Assembly (NCBI GenBank): GCA_022729235.1
Contig: JALDAJ010000001.1
Span: forward strand, 320,001-384,000
Origin: Candidatus Nanohalarchaeota archaeon
GTDB lineage: Archaea > Nanohalarchaeota > Nanosalinia > Nanosalinales > Nanosalinaceae
Reading direction: 5' to 3'
Length of the DNA: 64,000 nt
Shown: in pieces, positions 1 through 9,047 of the stretch
Layout of the letters: each line of letters opens with the position of its first letter
Position numbering within the stretch: the stretch's first letter is position 1
The notes under the pieces: generated by a model
What the model was told of the DNA's origin: nothing
Database searches by the model: none
What the model saw: only the letters and a program-made list of their open reading frames with translations
Made by a program: the position numbers and the translations under genes

Positions 1-568
1 CCATGAAATCATTGTCCAGTTTCTCCTCTTCCTCATCCCAGTATTCTTCCAGGAACTCCATCCATTCCTCATCGAGTTCCTCTCCGGGCTCGTATTCTTC
101 CTGCGCGAACTCGACAAGTTCCTGACGGCCGACATTCTCAAGATTTTTTAGCGCTCTCTTAGTTATCTCTTTATCGGAGCAAAGTGCAGCTCCCTGAGGA
201 GAGTTAACAAATTCCACACCGTATTCTTCTTCCAGCCTCTGCATCTGCAATACGTTTTCAGGAACTTTGTCCTCAGATAGATCTGACTTGAAGCTGGCCT
301 GACGGTAGAAAACGACAGTATCTTCAAGTTCCGAGACCGGGACACCGTTGACCTCAAGTTCTCCATTTCTCTCCTCTATATCATCCGGCTGCAAATCGGT
401 AACGCTCAATCCGCGACCACTCAGTTCGAGAACAGTATTGGCACGAGTCTTATTGTTCCAAGCACCTGCGTACAGAACATCAGCCTCATCTACAGATGTA
501 TCTCTCATCAAACCATTAGCTCTGCGCCTTCTTCTATCCAACTCCGAACTGAACAACCACCAGACCAT
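1..568 (-). CDS. RimK/LysX-like ATP-grasp ligase, N-terminal part (runs off the left edge)
   Basis: Not in the ORF track. Manual translation from ATG at 568: MVWWLFSS...VFYRQ...RLEEEYGVEFVNSPQGAALCSDKEITKRAL, matching the RimK pattern lE..Gv.vvNs..a...c.DK..t...L. The frame is open to the window edge. Confidence 0.6.
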   Translation of the reverse strand, partial: MVWWLFSSELDRRRRRANGLMRDTSVDEADVLYAGAWNNKTRANTVLELSGRGLSVTDLQPDDIEERNGELEVNGVPVSELEDTVVFYRQASFKSDLSEDKVPENVLQMQRLEEEYGVEFVNSPQGAALCSDKEITKRALKNLENVGRQELVEFAQEEYEPGEELDEEWMEFLEEYWDEEEEKLDNDFM

Positions 569-631
569 AGTTGTTACTTATTAATCAATACGTAAAAATG
601 TTGAGGTGTTAACTCTAAAACATACAGAATT

Positions 632-2167
632 CTAGAAAATATTTCTCGGGTCAGCAATATTCTTCGTTTTATCAATCAGTCTCCGTACCTCCTGCCTAAT
701 CTGGTAGAACTCGTTAATTATGGATCTCACATCGCCTCTTAAACTTTTCAAGCCATCGCGTAGGACTATTAGTTTTATATTGCCATCGTCATCCTCCATG
801 ACATCACTTGCTCCGGCCACTCCGCTAAACTCACTTCTTATCTGATTATATGCATTCTCAATAAGATTATTATTCAAAATAGATTCTATTAATCCGAGAG
901 CATCCTCCAATTCCTTTTTCTCAGCTTCGGTCATCTTTAGCTCTTCATTCAGATATTTTCTGGCAGATTCGATTTCCTTACCCTGATCCAGGAATGCATT
1001 ACGTAGCTTTTGTAACTCCTCCTCAAGCACTTCAAGTTCTTTGCCAATTTCGTATGAAGCACTCTCCAACTCCTCATCACCATACTTCTGTGCTAACTTA
1101 TCAAGAAGTTTATCTTCCTTTACAGCTCGCTCGACTTCGTTCGGGAGAGCTTCCCACATCTGCTCGACTTGACCATACTCTTGGACGAATCTAGTTAATT
1201 CACTGAATTCGTCCTTTTCTTCAACCAGTTCCTTATCCGCTATCTTTTTCAAGCGGATAACATCTTGTTCTAGCTGATAGAACCGATTCATCAGAACATC
1301 CAAAACATCTTCTAGTACATCTAAATCATTAGCAGGATCACTCCAATCACGCCTCAGAATCTGACTCAATCCCGCTCTGATTTCATCCGCAAGTTTTTCA
1401 AAGTTCTTGGCGCCTTCAACCGCTCTATCACTGTCTTCAAGAAAGGCCTTAGCGTCCTGTACCGCGTTATATATATCAGACTGACTTCTCTCGGCAAACT
1501 GCTCCAAATCATCCACTGCAATCTCCATAAGTTCAAGTGCCTTCTCTAGTTCTTGCTCAGCATGTCTAGCCTCGGCGTCACCTTCTTCCCCTCCTCTGCG
1601 CATAGCATCCTGCTCCTCTCGCTTGACCTCATTGAGAAGTTCATCTGCCTCTTTTTCCCTGTTCTTGGCATCGGCGAGGAGCTCTTTGTTGGCGGCTACT
1701 GCCTCTTTAGTTCCACCCCAGATACCGTACCTGAACATCCCGTATAGGACTGCGAAGGTTCCTATGGCGAATAGAAGGATTATCGAGTCGCGCGTAATAG
1801 CCAGTATAGGTGCAAACCAGCCGCTTCCAAGGAATACCAGGAATAATAGGATAGAGAACGCGACCAGTCTCCACTTGGATTCTTCCCTGCCTACCCCTGC
1901 TTTTCCTGTAAAGCGGTCGAGCCAGCCAAGCTTGTCCAGAAATGCCTCAAGACCTATAAAGAAACCATACCAGTAAACAGCTACAGCTGCCAGAGTTACA
2001 AGTGCGTTTTGGTCTGTCAGAGGAGCACCCACATATCTCTCGAATACGCCTCCCAGAACGCTTACAATAGCACTTGCTAGCTGATCTACCGGCGTATGTG
2101 TCGAAGCAGCAGCGAGAGAAACAAATGAAATCACACCTAGTAAATAGACAAGGATTTTTTTGTCCAT
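632..2167 (-). CDS. Membrane protein with a long acidic coiled-coil C-terminus
   Basis: 511 aa. Signal-like N-terminus, several hydrophobic segments in the first ~150 aa, then E/K/L-rich heptads. Confidence 0.75.
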   Translation of the reverse strand: MDKKILVYLLGVISFVSLAAASTHTPVDQLASAIVSVLGGVFERYVGAPLTDQNALVTLAAVAVYWYGFFIGLEAFLDKLGWLDRFTGKAGVGREESKWRLVAFSILLFLVFLGSGWFAPILAITRDSIILLFAIGTFAVLYGMFRYGIWGGTKEAVAANKELLADAKNREKEADELLNEVKREEQDAMRRGGEEGDAEARHAEQELEKALELMEIAVDDLEQFAERSQSDIYNAVQDAKAFLEDSDRAVEGAKNFEKLADEIRAGLSQILRRDWSDPANDLDVLEDVLDVLMNRFYQLEQDVIRLKKIADKELVEEKDEFSELTRFVQEYGQVEQMWEALPNEVERAVKEDKLLDKLAQKYGDEELESASYEIGKELEVLEEELQKLRNAFLDQGKEIESARKYLNEELKMTEAEKKELEDALGLIESILNNNLIENAYNQIRSEFSGVAGASDVMEDDDGNIKLIVLRDGLKSLRGDVRSIINEFYQIRQEVRRLIDKTKNIADPRNIF

Positions 2168-2199
2168 GGAGTAGTTAATCTCTTTGCCTTTTATAATTA

Positions 2200-2682
2200 T
2201 TAGTCACCCGTAGCTCCAGCAGTCGTTGAGAAACTTTTGAGCAGGAGATACGCAGCTAGAAGTCCGCCGACCGCCAGACCCAGATATATTATACCTCCGA
2301 AGACTATAGCCACGGCATCATTCACCAACTGGAAGAACTGTGTAGGCACCAGCATACCGGTTATGACCAGCGAGAGCATCATTGACTGCCTCTTTATCCG
2401 TTTTTTCTCCCCTTTTTTCTGGTAGGGATGGCGTAGCTTGTCGTCTTCCGCCAGAGTGAACATCATAGCCCTTTCAAGACCAAGCTGGAATACAAGAGCG
2501 ATCAGCAGGAACGGTGCAACCAGTTGCGTCAGTATCTCCTCCTGTGTCTCGTACTGAGGTATCTCAAAGCCAGCGTCGGCGTCTATACCTTCATCATAGT
2601 AGTGTGAGGCAGAAGCCACTCCTGTGAAAAATAAGGTAATCAACAGGAGAGCTCCCAGACGTTCATCCAAAATCGAGATCAC
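2200..2682 (-). CDS. Hypothetical membrane protein (signal peptide + ~3 TM)
   Basis: 160 aa. VASA-like cleavage site and hydrophobic segments (LVAPFLLIALVFQLGL). Overlaps the upstream gene. Confidence 0.75.
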   Translation of the reverse strand: MISILDERLGALLLITLFFTGVASASHYYDEGIDADAGFEIPQYETQEEILTQLVAPFLLIALVFQLGLERAMMFTLAEDDKLRHPYQKKGEKKRIKRQSMMLSLVITGMLVPTQFFQLVNDAVAIVFGGIIYLGLAVGGLLAAYLLLKSFSTTAGATGD

Positions 2683-2926
2683 CTTCTAAGTCTCCCCCTA
2701 TATCTCCCTGTCCTCTACCTTCCCGTACTTTTTCGAGGTAGACTGGAACAACTTCGTCAACCAGGAACCCTGCTACCAGACCCGCACCGCCGACCACGGC
2801 AAGCTCGGACAGGTATTCAGAGAGTCCTGTGAAATCACCTACCATCGCAGAGATAGCGGTATGTGAAAGCAGGTAACCCGCGACAGCTGCGGAGGGAAAT
2901 GCAACGAATTTCCAGGGGTCTCTCAT
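2663..2926 (-). CDS. Small 2-TM Gly-rich membrane protein
   Basis: 87 aa. GxxxG-rich helix (VVGGAGLVAGFLV) and an acidic tail. Confidence 0.7.
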   Translation of the reverse strand: MRDPWKFVAFPSAAVAGYLLSHTAISAMVGDFTGLSEYLSELAVVGGAGLVAGFLVDEVVPVYLEKVREGRGQGDIGGDLEGDLDFG

Positions 2927-2982
2927 GTTAGAATGCTGGATGACCTTGATTTATATGACTTGTTTGGTTTCCTAGAGCGAGG

Positions 2983-5019
2983 TCACGGCGAGCTGACCTT
3001 CTCAAGTTTCTTTTCGGCGTTCTCAAGAATTTTCTCCTCATTTCTCTTCCTTTCCATTATATTTCCTAATAGGCTCTTGACCCTCTGGTTTATCTCAACC
3101 GCCTCATGTATATTATGGAGGACTCTGTTCGCATCTACACCCCGGCTTGATATCTCCTTGTTAAGCTCCGTCACGCTATCTCTCAGAGACATTATTTCTG
3201 TTTCGCCCCAGAGCTGGTCAAGTTTCTCGGAGTTGTCATAATTTTCGTTCAGGAACTCTATATCCTGGAGACCTAAGTCTTCTTCCCTGTTTAAGATGCC
3301 CAAGCATTTCTGCATCTGATCATAGAGGTGGTCGAACAGCATAATCGTCTCCAGTGACTCTCCCAGGTCGTACGGGTCGCCTTCGTATACACCTCTGTTA
3401 ACAGCCTGCTCTGCTACCATGATTAGGAACTCCTCTCGTTCTCCGCTGAAGTCTTCATATGCTGTGTTGAGAGCTACGTGTATCCTATAAGCCTCCCTGT
3501 ATCTCTCCATCCACTCTTCTAGGTGAGCTAGCTCTCTTCTCACATGCTTCTCCTCATCTTTTTCCACATCACTGACCTCTCTCACTTCATCCTCGATTCC
3601 TCTCATATCTTGTATCATCTTAGCCGTTCCTGCCCCCGCACTATCAGCTGTGTCATATCCACTTTCCTTGCCGGCTTTTTCCAGGTAGCTCGTAACACCT
3701 CCACCTATAGACTTTGCGCGGAACTTACCGTCCTTGGTGAACCCATCTTCGAGTTCACTCAGAGCCTCTCTCAGATTTTTAAGGAGGTGTATAACACGGA
3801 TATACCGGTCATATATATGCTTGAGATCTTCTAACTCCTCTTTTTCGTCCCTGAGAACGGTTCTGGCTTCTTTCAGCACTTCTTCCAGCTCCTTCTCCTC
3901 CACCTTAAGAAGATTCTCTACGTCATGCCTGTCCAGGACGGAAAGAACTTTCTGGACGCTCTCGGTCGATCTCCCTCCCTCTCTTATTTCCTGTATGACG
4001 TACCATAGGAACTCGTTGTTCACCTCCCTGTGATGTTTCAGTTCCTGTAGAAGAATAGTCATGTTCTGCTGGTTCTGCACCACCATCTGGACGAGGTTCA
4101 CAAAGGTGTTGAAATTGATGTCGCCGTAGTCGTCACCTATATGGATATCGCCTGTCTTGATATCCTCTAGATGTACCGCGTTTCTTTCCTGCATCACGTT
4201 CATCATCTGCTCAAGCATCACCACGAACTGGTCTCCTGCCGGCGTGTCCACCTCGACACTTATCTCGTTCTCCAGGTCCTGTAGGATGTTGATTTCAGCG
4301 CTCAACTCATTTACATTGACGTTCAGCTGTTCTACCTCGGCTTTTAGCTCGTTTAACACGTTTATAATCATCTCATCTTTCTCGGAGACTCTATTCTCCA
4401 TGAGAAACGCCAAGATAGCTTCAAGATCATTGTCAACGTGAGCAAAGGCAGATGCCTCCGCAGACATTCCCTCACCCCCAGGAGCGCCACCGCCCGATAT
4501 CTCGTTCTTGATCTCTACTTCCATTTCCTGTATAGCCCCAACTATCGCATCCCCTATCTGGTTTATCTGGTTGACTATGACCTCTGTGTCTCCACCATCT
4601 ACACCGCGCCCTATCCGCATGATCTGCTCAAGCTCATTAGCTACCTCCACTATAGTTTCTCCTGAGTCGACGGCGACACCTCGTGATTCGAGGTCCTGGA
4701 CAACGTTTACCAGACCCCGGATAACAGTTGAGATATTTTCTATCTCTGCGCTTATGTTGTTGACCTGTTCTTGTGTCGCATCGATACTGCCTATGAGTTC
4801 GTCCGGTACTTCAAGCTCTATAGAATCAGGTATATCTGGACCTTCAGGCGGTTCCCCCGTTCCCTCGTCCTCTGGTTCAGGTCCCGGTCCTCTATCTCTG
4901 GGAGAGTCATTTCCTCTACGCGCAGGGGACGTTGAGCCCTCGTGCATGAAGATTATCACCATCAGCAATAGGAAAAGCCCGGCTAGAGTCGCCAGAACCG
5001 GGTCGCTGTGAAGACTCAT
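2983..5019 (-). CDS. N-terminally anchored coiled-coil/fibre-like protein
   Basis: 678 aa. One TM, a Pro/Glu/Gly linker, N/Q/I/V-rich heptads and an E/K/R-rich helical C-terminus. Confidence 0.75.
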   Translation of the reverse strand: MSLHSDPVLATLAGLFLLLMVIIFMHEGSTSPARRGNDSPRDRGPGPEPEDEGTGEPPEGPDIPDSIELEVPDELIGSIDATQEQVNNISAEIENISTVIRGLVNVVQDLESRGVAVDSGETIVEVANELEQIMRIGRGVDGGDTEVIVNQINQIGDAIVGAIQEMEVEIKNEISGGGAPGGEGMSAEASAFAHVDNDLEAILAFLMENRVSEKDEMIINVLNELKAEVEQLNVNVNELSAEINILQDLENEISVEVDTPAGDQFVVMLEQMMNVMQERNAVHLEDIKTGDIHIGDDYGDINFNTFVNLVQMVVQNQQNMTILLQELKHHREVNNEFLWYVIQEIREGGRSTESVQKVLSVLDRHDVENLLKVEEKELEEVLKEARTVLRDEKEELEDLKHIYDRYIRVIHLLKNLREALSELEDGFTKDGKFRAKSIGGGVTSYLEKAGKESGYDTADSAGAGTAKMIQDMRGIEDEVREVSDVEKDEEKHVRRELAHLEEWMERYREAYRIHVALNTAYEDFSGEREEFLIMVAEQAVNRGVYEGDPYDLGESLETIMLFDHLYDQMQKCLGILNREEDLGLQDIEFLNENYDNSEKLDQLWGETEIMSLRDSVTELNKEISSRGVDANRVLHNIHEAVEINQRVKSLLGNIMERKRNEEKILENAEKKLEKVSSP

Positions 5020-5051
5020 AGGGTAAAATTTCGTCGCTTGACTTATAATTT

Positions 5052-5282
5052 CTAGCTGAATTTATCCAGGCGTTCCAGAGTCTCCAGTATTCCCCATGCG
5101 TAAATCACGGCTTCGAATGCACGGATGAAGTCTTCTTCTTCAAGGAAGTGATACGTGTCGTCCCTGTATGCCAGGACGTTCTCCATCTGCTCCACCTCAC
5201 TATCTCGTTTTTCCAGCCTTTCTTCAAGCTTCTCCAGCCACTTCTCCGTCTCTTCCTTCAACTTCTCCTGTGTCTTATCCAC
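5052..5282 (-). CDS. DUF357 domain protein
   Basis: AYRDDTYHFLEEEDFIRAFEAVIYAWGILE matches DUF357. Coupled to dph5. Confidence 0.85.
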   Translation of the reverse strand: MDKTQEKLKEETEKWLEKLEERLEKRDSEVEQMENVLAYRDDTYHFLEEEDFIRAFEAVIYAWGILETLERLDKFS

Positions 5283-5985
5283 GGTGTTCCTCCAGGAACT
5301 CTGCCTCTTTGTGGTCGGCCTCTCCTGTTAATACAATTGAATGTGGCGGTCGCCCGAACTTCTCTTCCGTAATCTTATCAAGTCTTGCGACAGTTATCCA
5401 CTGCGAGCTCTGGTTGGCGCGTTCAAGGACCACCGCCTCCCGTTCTTTATCGATACCGAGGTCGATGAGTTTTTCCGCGGCGTCGGTCGCAGAATAGTCA
5501 ATATCGAGTAATACCAGCGTGTGTAAACCGATGGAGTCGTTCTCTTCAACGTGCGCCATTAAGGACTGGGGCTTTGCATCTTCAGGCAGTGTTACAACAC
5601 GACCGAACTTGTAGACGTTGAGACCTGTCTCCGCCACCGAAGTTAGGATCGAAGGCCCATGGACCACTTCTACCTTCACATCGCGCTCTTCCGCCCGGTG
5701 TTTGATATCGTAATGAGTGGTAGCTGTTAGAGGATCACCAGATACCAGGAAAGCGATATCCATCTCTCCCGCGCCTTCGACTATCAGGTCTTTCTGCTCG
5801 ACCTCTTCGCGCGACAGCTCTTCTATCTCCGTCCCTGTTTTCTCCTCTATTAAATCGAGATCGATGTCCTTGGTGTTCGTATAGAATTCGACGTACGCAT
5901 GATCGACCTCTTCGAGAGCTTCTAATCCTTTTTGAGTGATCTCGTTGTCGTCCAGTCCCAGACCTATCATGTAGAGCATAACCAT
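5275..5985 (-). CDS. dph5: Diphthine synthase
   Basis: MLYMIGLGL, EFYT, GDPLTATTH, YKFGRVVTLP and GLHTLVLLDI motifs. Confidence 0.95.
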   Translation of the reverse strand: MVMLYMIGLGLDDNEITQKGLEALEEVDHAYVEFYTNTKDIDLDLIEEKTGTEIEELSREEVEQKDLIVEGAGEMDIAFLVSGDPLTATTHYDIKHRAEERDVKVEVVHGPSILTSVAETGLNVYKFGRVVTLPEDAKPQSLMAHVEENDSIGLHTLVLLDIDYSATDAAEKLIDLGIDKEREAVVLERANQSSQWITVARLDKITEEKFGRPPHSIVLTGEADHKEAEFLEEHRG

Positions 5986-6020
5986 TATGCATAAAGCAGT
6001 TCTTATTAGCTGTACGGTCT

Positions 6021-7037
6021 ATGGAACAGGAAAAATTGGAGCGGCGTGTCAGAGAGATTTTTGAGCAACAGGGCTTTGAAGTAGAGCAAGACGGGAACGA
6101 GATCGTCGCGACAAAAGGCGATGACCGGAAGAAAATCCAGGTTTTCTCATCCGATGATTATACCGGAGAAGAACTGGTTGACAGAGTTGATGCCGACCTT
6201 GTCTTCGTGGATGAAGACCTGCCAGAAATCACGGACGAGTTGGAGTCCGAGGTTTCTATCATCAGAGACGAGAGAGATAAAGAAGATTACGACCTGCCCT
6301 CGTACGAGCTGATAGGCGACATCGCAGTCATCAACGACCTCGCGGGGCGCGACCAAGAGGAAGCGGTTGAAGGCATACTTGAGCACCACCCTTACGTTGA
6401 AACAGTATTATTGAAGGATGAGCCGTTGAGCGGAGAGTTCCGGGTCGGCGGATACGAGAAGCTGTATGGAGAGGAGATCGAGACCATTCACAAAGAGTAC
6501 GGCTGCCGTTACAGGGTCGACCCTACAAAGGCTTACTTCTCGGAGCGGCTTGCAACTGAACGGAAACGTGTTGTAGACCAGATAGAGGAGGACGAACGCG
6601 TTCTTGTTATAGGCGCCGGTGTAGGACCTTATCCTGTTCTAGCGGCGAGGAAAGCCGACCCTGAGAAAGTCGTGGCGGTCGAGAAGAACCCTGACGCATA
6701 CAGATATCTTAAGGAGAACATTGAACTGAACAACGTGGAGGACATCGTTAAAGCTGTTAAAGGTGACGCACTGGAAGAAGTTTCTGAAAACGAAAAGTTC
6801 GACAGAGTCATCATCGCGATACCGGAGTTCGCGGACGAGTTCCTGGAGCTAGCTTTTGACAACGCCAGAAAAGAGAGCGTCATCCATTACTACCGGTTCC
6901 TGGAGGATGAGCAGTGGGAAGAAATCATCGAAGAAATAGAAGAGACCGGTGAAAGCTACGAAGTACTGGACAAAGTTGTATGCGGCCAGAGAGGTCCCGG
7001 CGTTGATAGGGTTTGTATAGATATAGAAGCAAAGTGA
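6021..7037 (+). CDS. trm5: Trm5/TYW2 (Met10+) family tRNA methyltransferase
   Basis: LPSYELIGDIA, TIHKEYGCRYRVDPTKAYFSERLATER, GAGVGPY and VEKNPDA motifs. Confidence 0.85.
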   Translation: MEQEKLERRVREIFEQQGFEVEQDGNEIVATKGDDRKKIQVFSSDDYTGEELVDRVDADLVFVDEDLPEITDELESEVSIIRDERDKEDYDLPSYELIGDIAVINDLAGRDQEEAVEGILEHHPYVETVLLKDEPLSGEFRVGGYEKLYGEEIETIHKEYGCRYRVDPTKAYFSERLATERKRVVDQIEEDERVLVIGAGVGPYPVLAARKADPEKVVAVEKNPDAYRYLKENIELNNVEDIVKAVKGDALEEVSENEKFDRVIIAIPEFADEFLELAFDNARKESVIHYYRFLEDEQWEEIIEEIEETGESYEVLDKVVCGQRGPGVDRVCIDIEAK

Positions 7038-7089
7038 CCTTTCCCTAGCAAATTCAAAGTATTTATTACTTTTCTGTGATAACTACTTC

Positions 7090-8205
7090 ATGGTGGAACC
7101 GATAGAGGAAGTAAAGACCCAGATTAGGGACTACGAAGACTGGATGAGGCAAGTGAAAGACCCTGAGAAAGGGGTCGAAGACTACGACTTCATCGACCAG
7201 GCGATTCACAGCAACGACTCGATGCAAAGCGGGTTCGTTGCTAACATCGGAGCTTACCTGGCAGTGTACGGGTCAGATGACTCAGACGTAGACGATGAAC
7301 TCCTCGCAGAACTCGATCACAGACTCACCGACAGGGCACGAGAAGAAGCCGAATCACCGCCCCACGTAAGAGAAAAAACCAAACACCGAGACATAGTCTA
7401 TGGAAACGGACGAAGAGAAGGAAAAGGGCTCCTGGACAGAGGTTTCGGAGAACACGACTCTGGACACGGATTCCTCCAGAACATGATCGACGAGTTCGAG
7501 GACGAAACAGATAATGAAGAAGATACTATACCCCACAAACCCGAACCAACAGCTAACGGAGGTGAAAGAATGACAGACGGAAAAGGAGAAGACGATGGAG
7601 ACAGAGACGTTACTGACCTAGACCTGCTAACAGTAGACTTCAGCCAAGACGCAGAAGATGTCTTCCACGACGCAGAGAGAAGGAAAGAGCAAGCACTCAG
7701 CGAAGTGAAGGACGTAATACCCGACGACCACGATGTAAGACTAGATAGAGTAGAGGGATACCTAGATCAGACAACGAGAGAAGCCAAAAAGGCAATGGAC
7801 GAGCTGGAAGACCAGAGAGATGAAGTAGCACGCGAAGCCGCGTACATGCAGATGATAGTAACCGACGTACTCGTAGAAGTAGCAGAAGGATATGGCGAGC
7901 TCTACGAGACCGTAGACGAAGGAATAGACCAACTACTGCGAGAACACGACGGCGTTAGAGAACCTGAGCTCTGGGACACAGTGATGCCAGAGGGCGTCAA
8001 GAACAGAGCGCTAGGGCACGCCAGAGCCATCCTGGGAGACGACTACGAACCAGAAGTACCTGCAGAACTCATGGACGAGGACCCTTACCCGACAGAGGAA
8101 GAAGTCGAGGAATACCTAGAAGAAGGAGAAACAGAGGCAGCGTACTTCGAGGGACTCATGCGAGCATTCCAGGACAGGTTCACAAGGTACCGACATGAGG
8201 GTTGA
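7090..8205 (+). CDS. Acidic hypothetical protein (possible two-gene fusion)
   Basis: 371 aa. Internal GGAGGTGA plus in-frame ATG at 7570. The C-terminal half is paralogous to the next gene. Confidence 0.7.
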   Translation: MVEPIEEVKTQIRDYEDWMRQVKDPEKGVEDYDFIDQAIHSNDSMQSGFVANIGAYLAVYGSDDSDVDDELLAELDHRLTDRAREEAESPPHVREKTKHRDIVYGNGRREGKGLLDRGFGEHDSGHGFLQNMIDEFEDETDNEEDTIPHKPEPTANGGERMTDGKGEDDGDRDVTDLDLLTVDFSQDAEDVFHDAERRKEQALSEVKDVIPDDHDVRLDRVEGYLDQTTREAKKAMDELEDQRDEVAREAAYMQMIVTDVLVEVAEGYGELYETVDEGIDQLLREHDGVREPELWDTVMPEGVKNRALGHARAILGDDYEPEVPAELMDEDPYPTEEEVEEYLEEGETEAAYFEGLMRAFQDRFTRYRHEG

Positions 8206-8247
8206 ATCCCCACCATTCTTTTATTTATTACTGTTTAATAACAACTT

Positions 8248-8976
8248 ATGCCTTCGGAAGAAGATCCTGAAGAAGTTTTCCATCAGTCAGCGCAAGGTCT
8301 TGAAGACGCCCTGAGATACACCAGAGAACAGACGCCTGATGACGAAGAAATTGAAGAACTTGATGAACGCTGGACAGAATTAAGAAACAGACTAAGCAGA
8401 GACACAGGAGCGGCAGAAGACCAGAGAGATGAAGTAGCACACGAAGCCGCGTACCTCATGACAGTAGCCTCTGATGCCATCAGAGGTATCGCGGACAGAG
8501 GCGGTCGTTCATACGACCAGGCAGAAAACATACTTGACGAACTCGAAGACCTAGGAGGTCCGCGAGGACCAACATCGACCAGAAGGCGCGCCATAAGATG
8601 GGGGCTGGGAGCGCTGACTGCAGGTGCGCTAGGAGGTGCTGCCGTGGTTGCAGGTTCAGAAGCCTACGACCACCTGACAGACCCAGAATTTACACCCGAA
8701 ACATATGACCCTATGATAGAGGATCACGGCGACCTAAACGAACTGGGTAACGAGTACTCTGTAAGCAGTCACAAGAGTCTGAGAGAACTAGCCGGAGAGA
8801 TAGACAGCGCGCTGGACGACCACAGGAGAGTCAGCATAGGTCTCGACTCCCAGCTTCTAGGAGGATACGCAGATATAGGAATAAGGAGAAACAATCACGC
8901 AGAATGGACTCTCCAGTCAAGGACAGAACTGGGAGACGGGTACTCTAGGGCGCTCGAACTGGCGAGAGATATCTGA
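8248..8976 (+). CDS. Hypothetical protein with an internal twin-arginine-like TM segment
   Basis: 242 aa. TSTRRRAIRWGLGALTAGALGGAAVVAG near aa 110-135. Confidence 0.7.
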   Translation: MPSEEDPEEVFHQSAQGLEDALRYTREQTPDDEEIEELDERWTELRNRLSRDTGAAEDQRDEVAHEAAYLMTVASDAIRGIADRGGRSYDQAENILDELEDLGGPRGPTSTRRRAIRWGLGALTAGALGGAAVVAGSEAYDHLTDPEFTPETYDPMIEDHGDLNELGNEYSVSSHKSLRELAGEIDSALDDHRRVSIGLDSQLLGGYADIGIRRNNHAEWTLQSRTELGDGYSRALELARDI

Positions 8977-8987
8977 AACAATGCTGA

Positions 8988-9018
8988 TGTCACTTGAAAG
9001 TGACAAAACATATTTAAA
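8988..9018 (+). promoter_or_regulatory. Palindromic operator next to a putative BRE/TATA box
   Basis: TGTCACTT-GA-AAGTGACA (8988-9005), followed by TTTAAA about 30 nt upstream of ATG 9048. Confidence 0.5.
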
Positions 9019-9047
9019 GGTTGATGTGATAGACTGCACGTGATAAC

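Noticed and set aside
632-5019. SMC/Rad50 or chemoreceptor annotation for the coiled-coil proteins
   Set aside because: No Walker motifs, zinc hook or MCP signalling hairpin are visible.
7807-8454. CRISPR-like direct repeats
   Set aside because: Only two copies exist, in frame within paralogous genes about 600 bp apart, and no cas genes are present.
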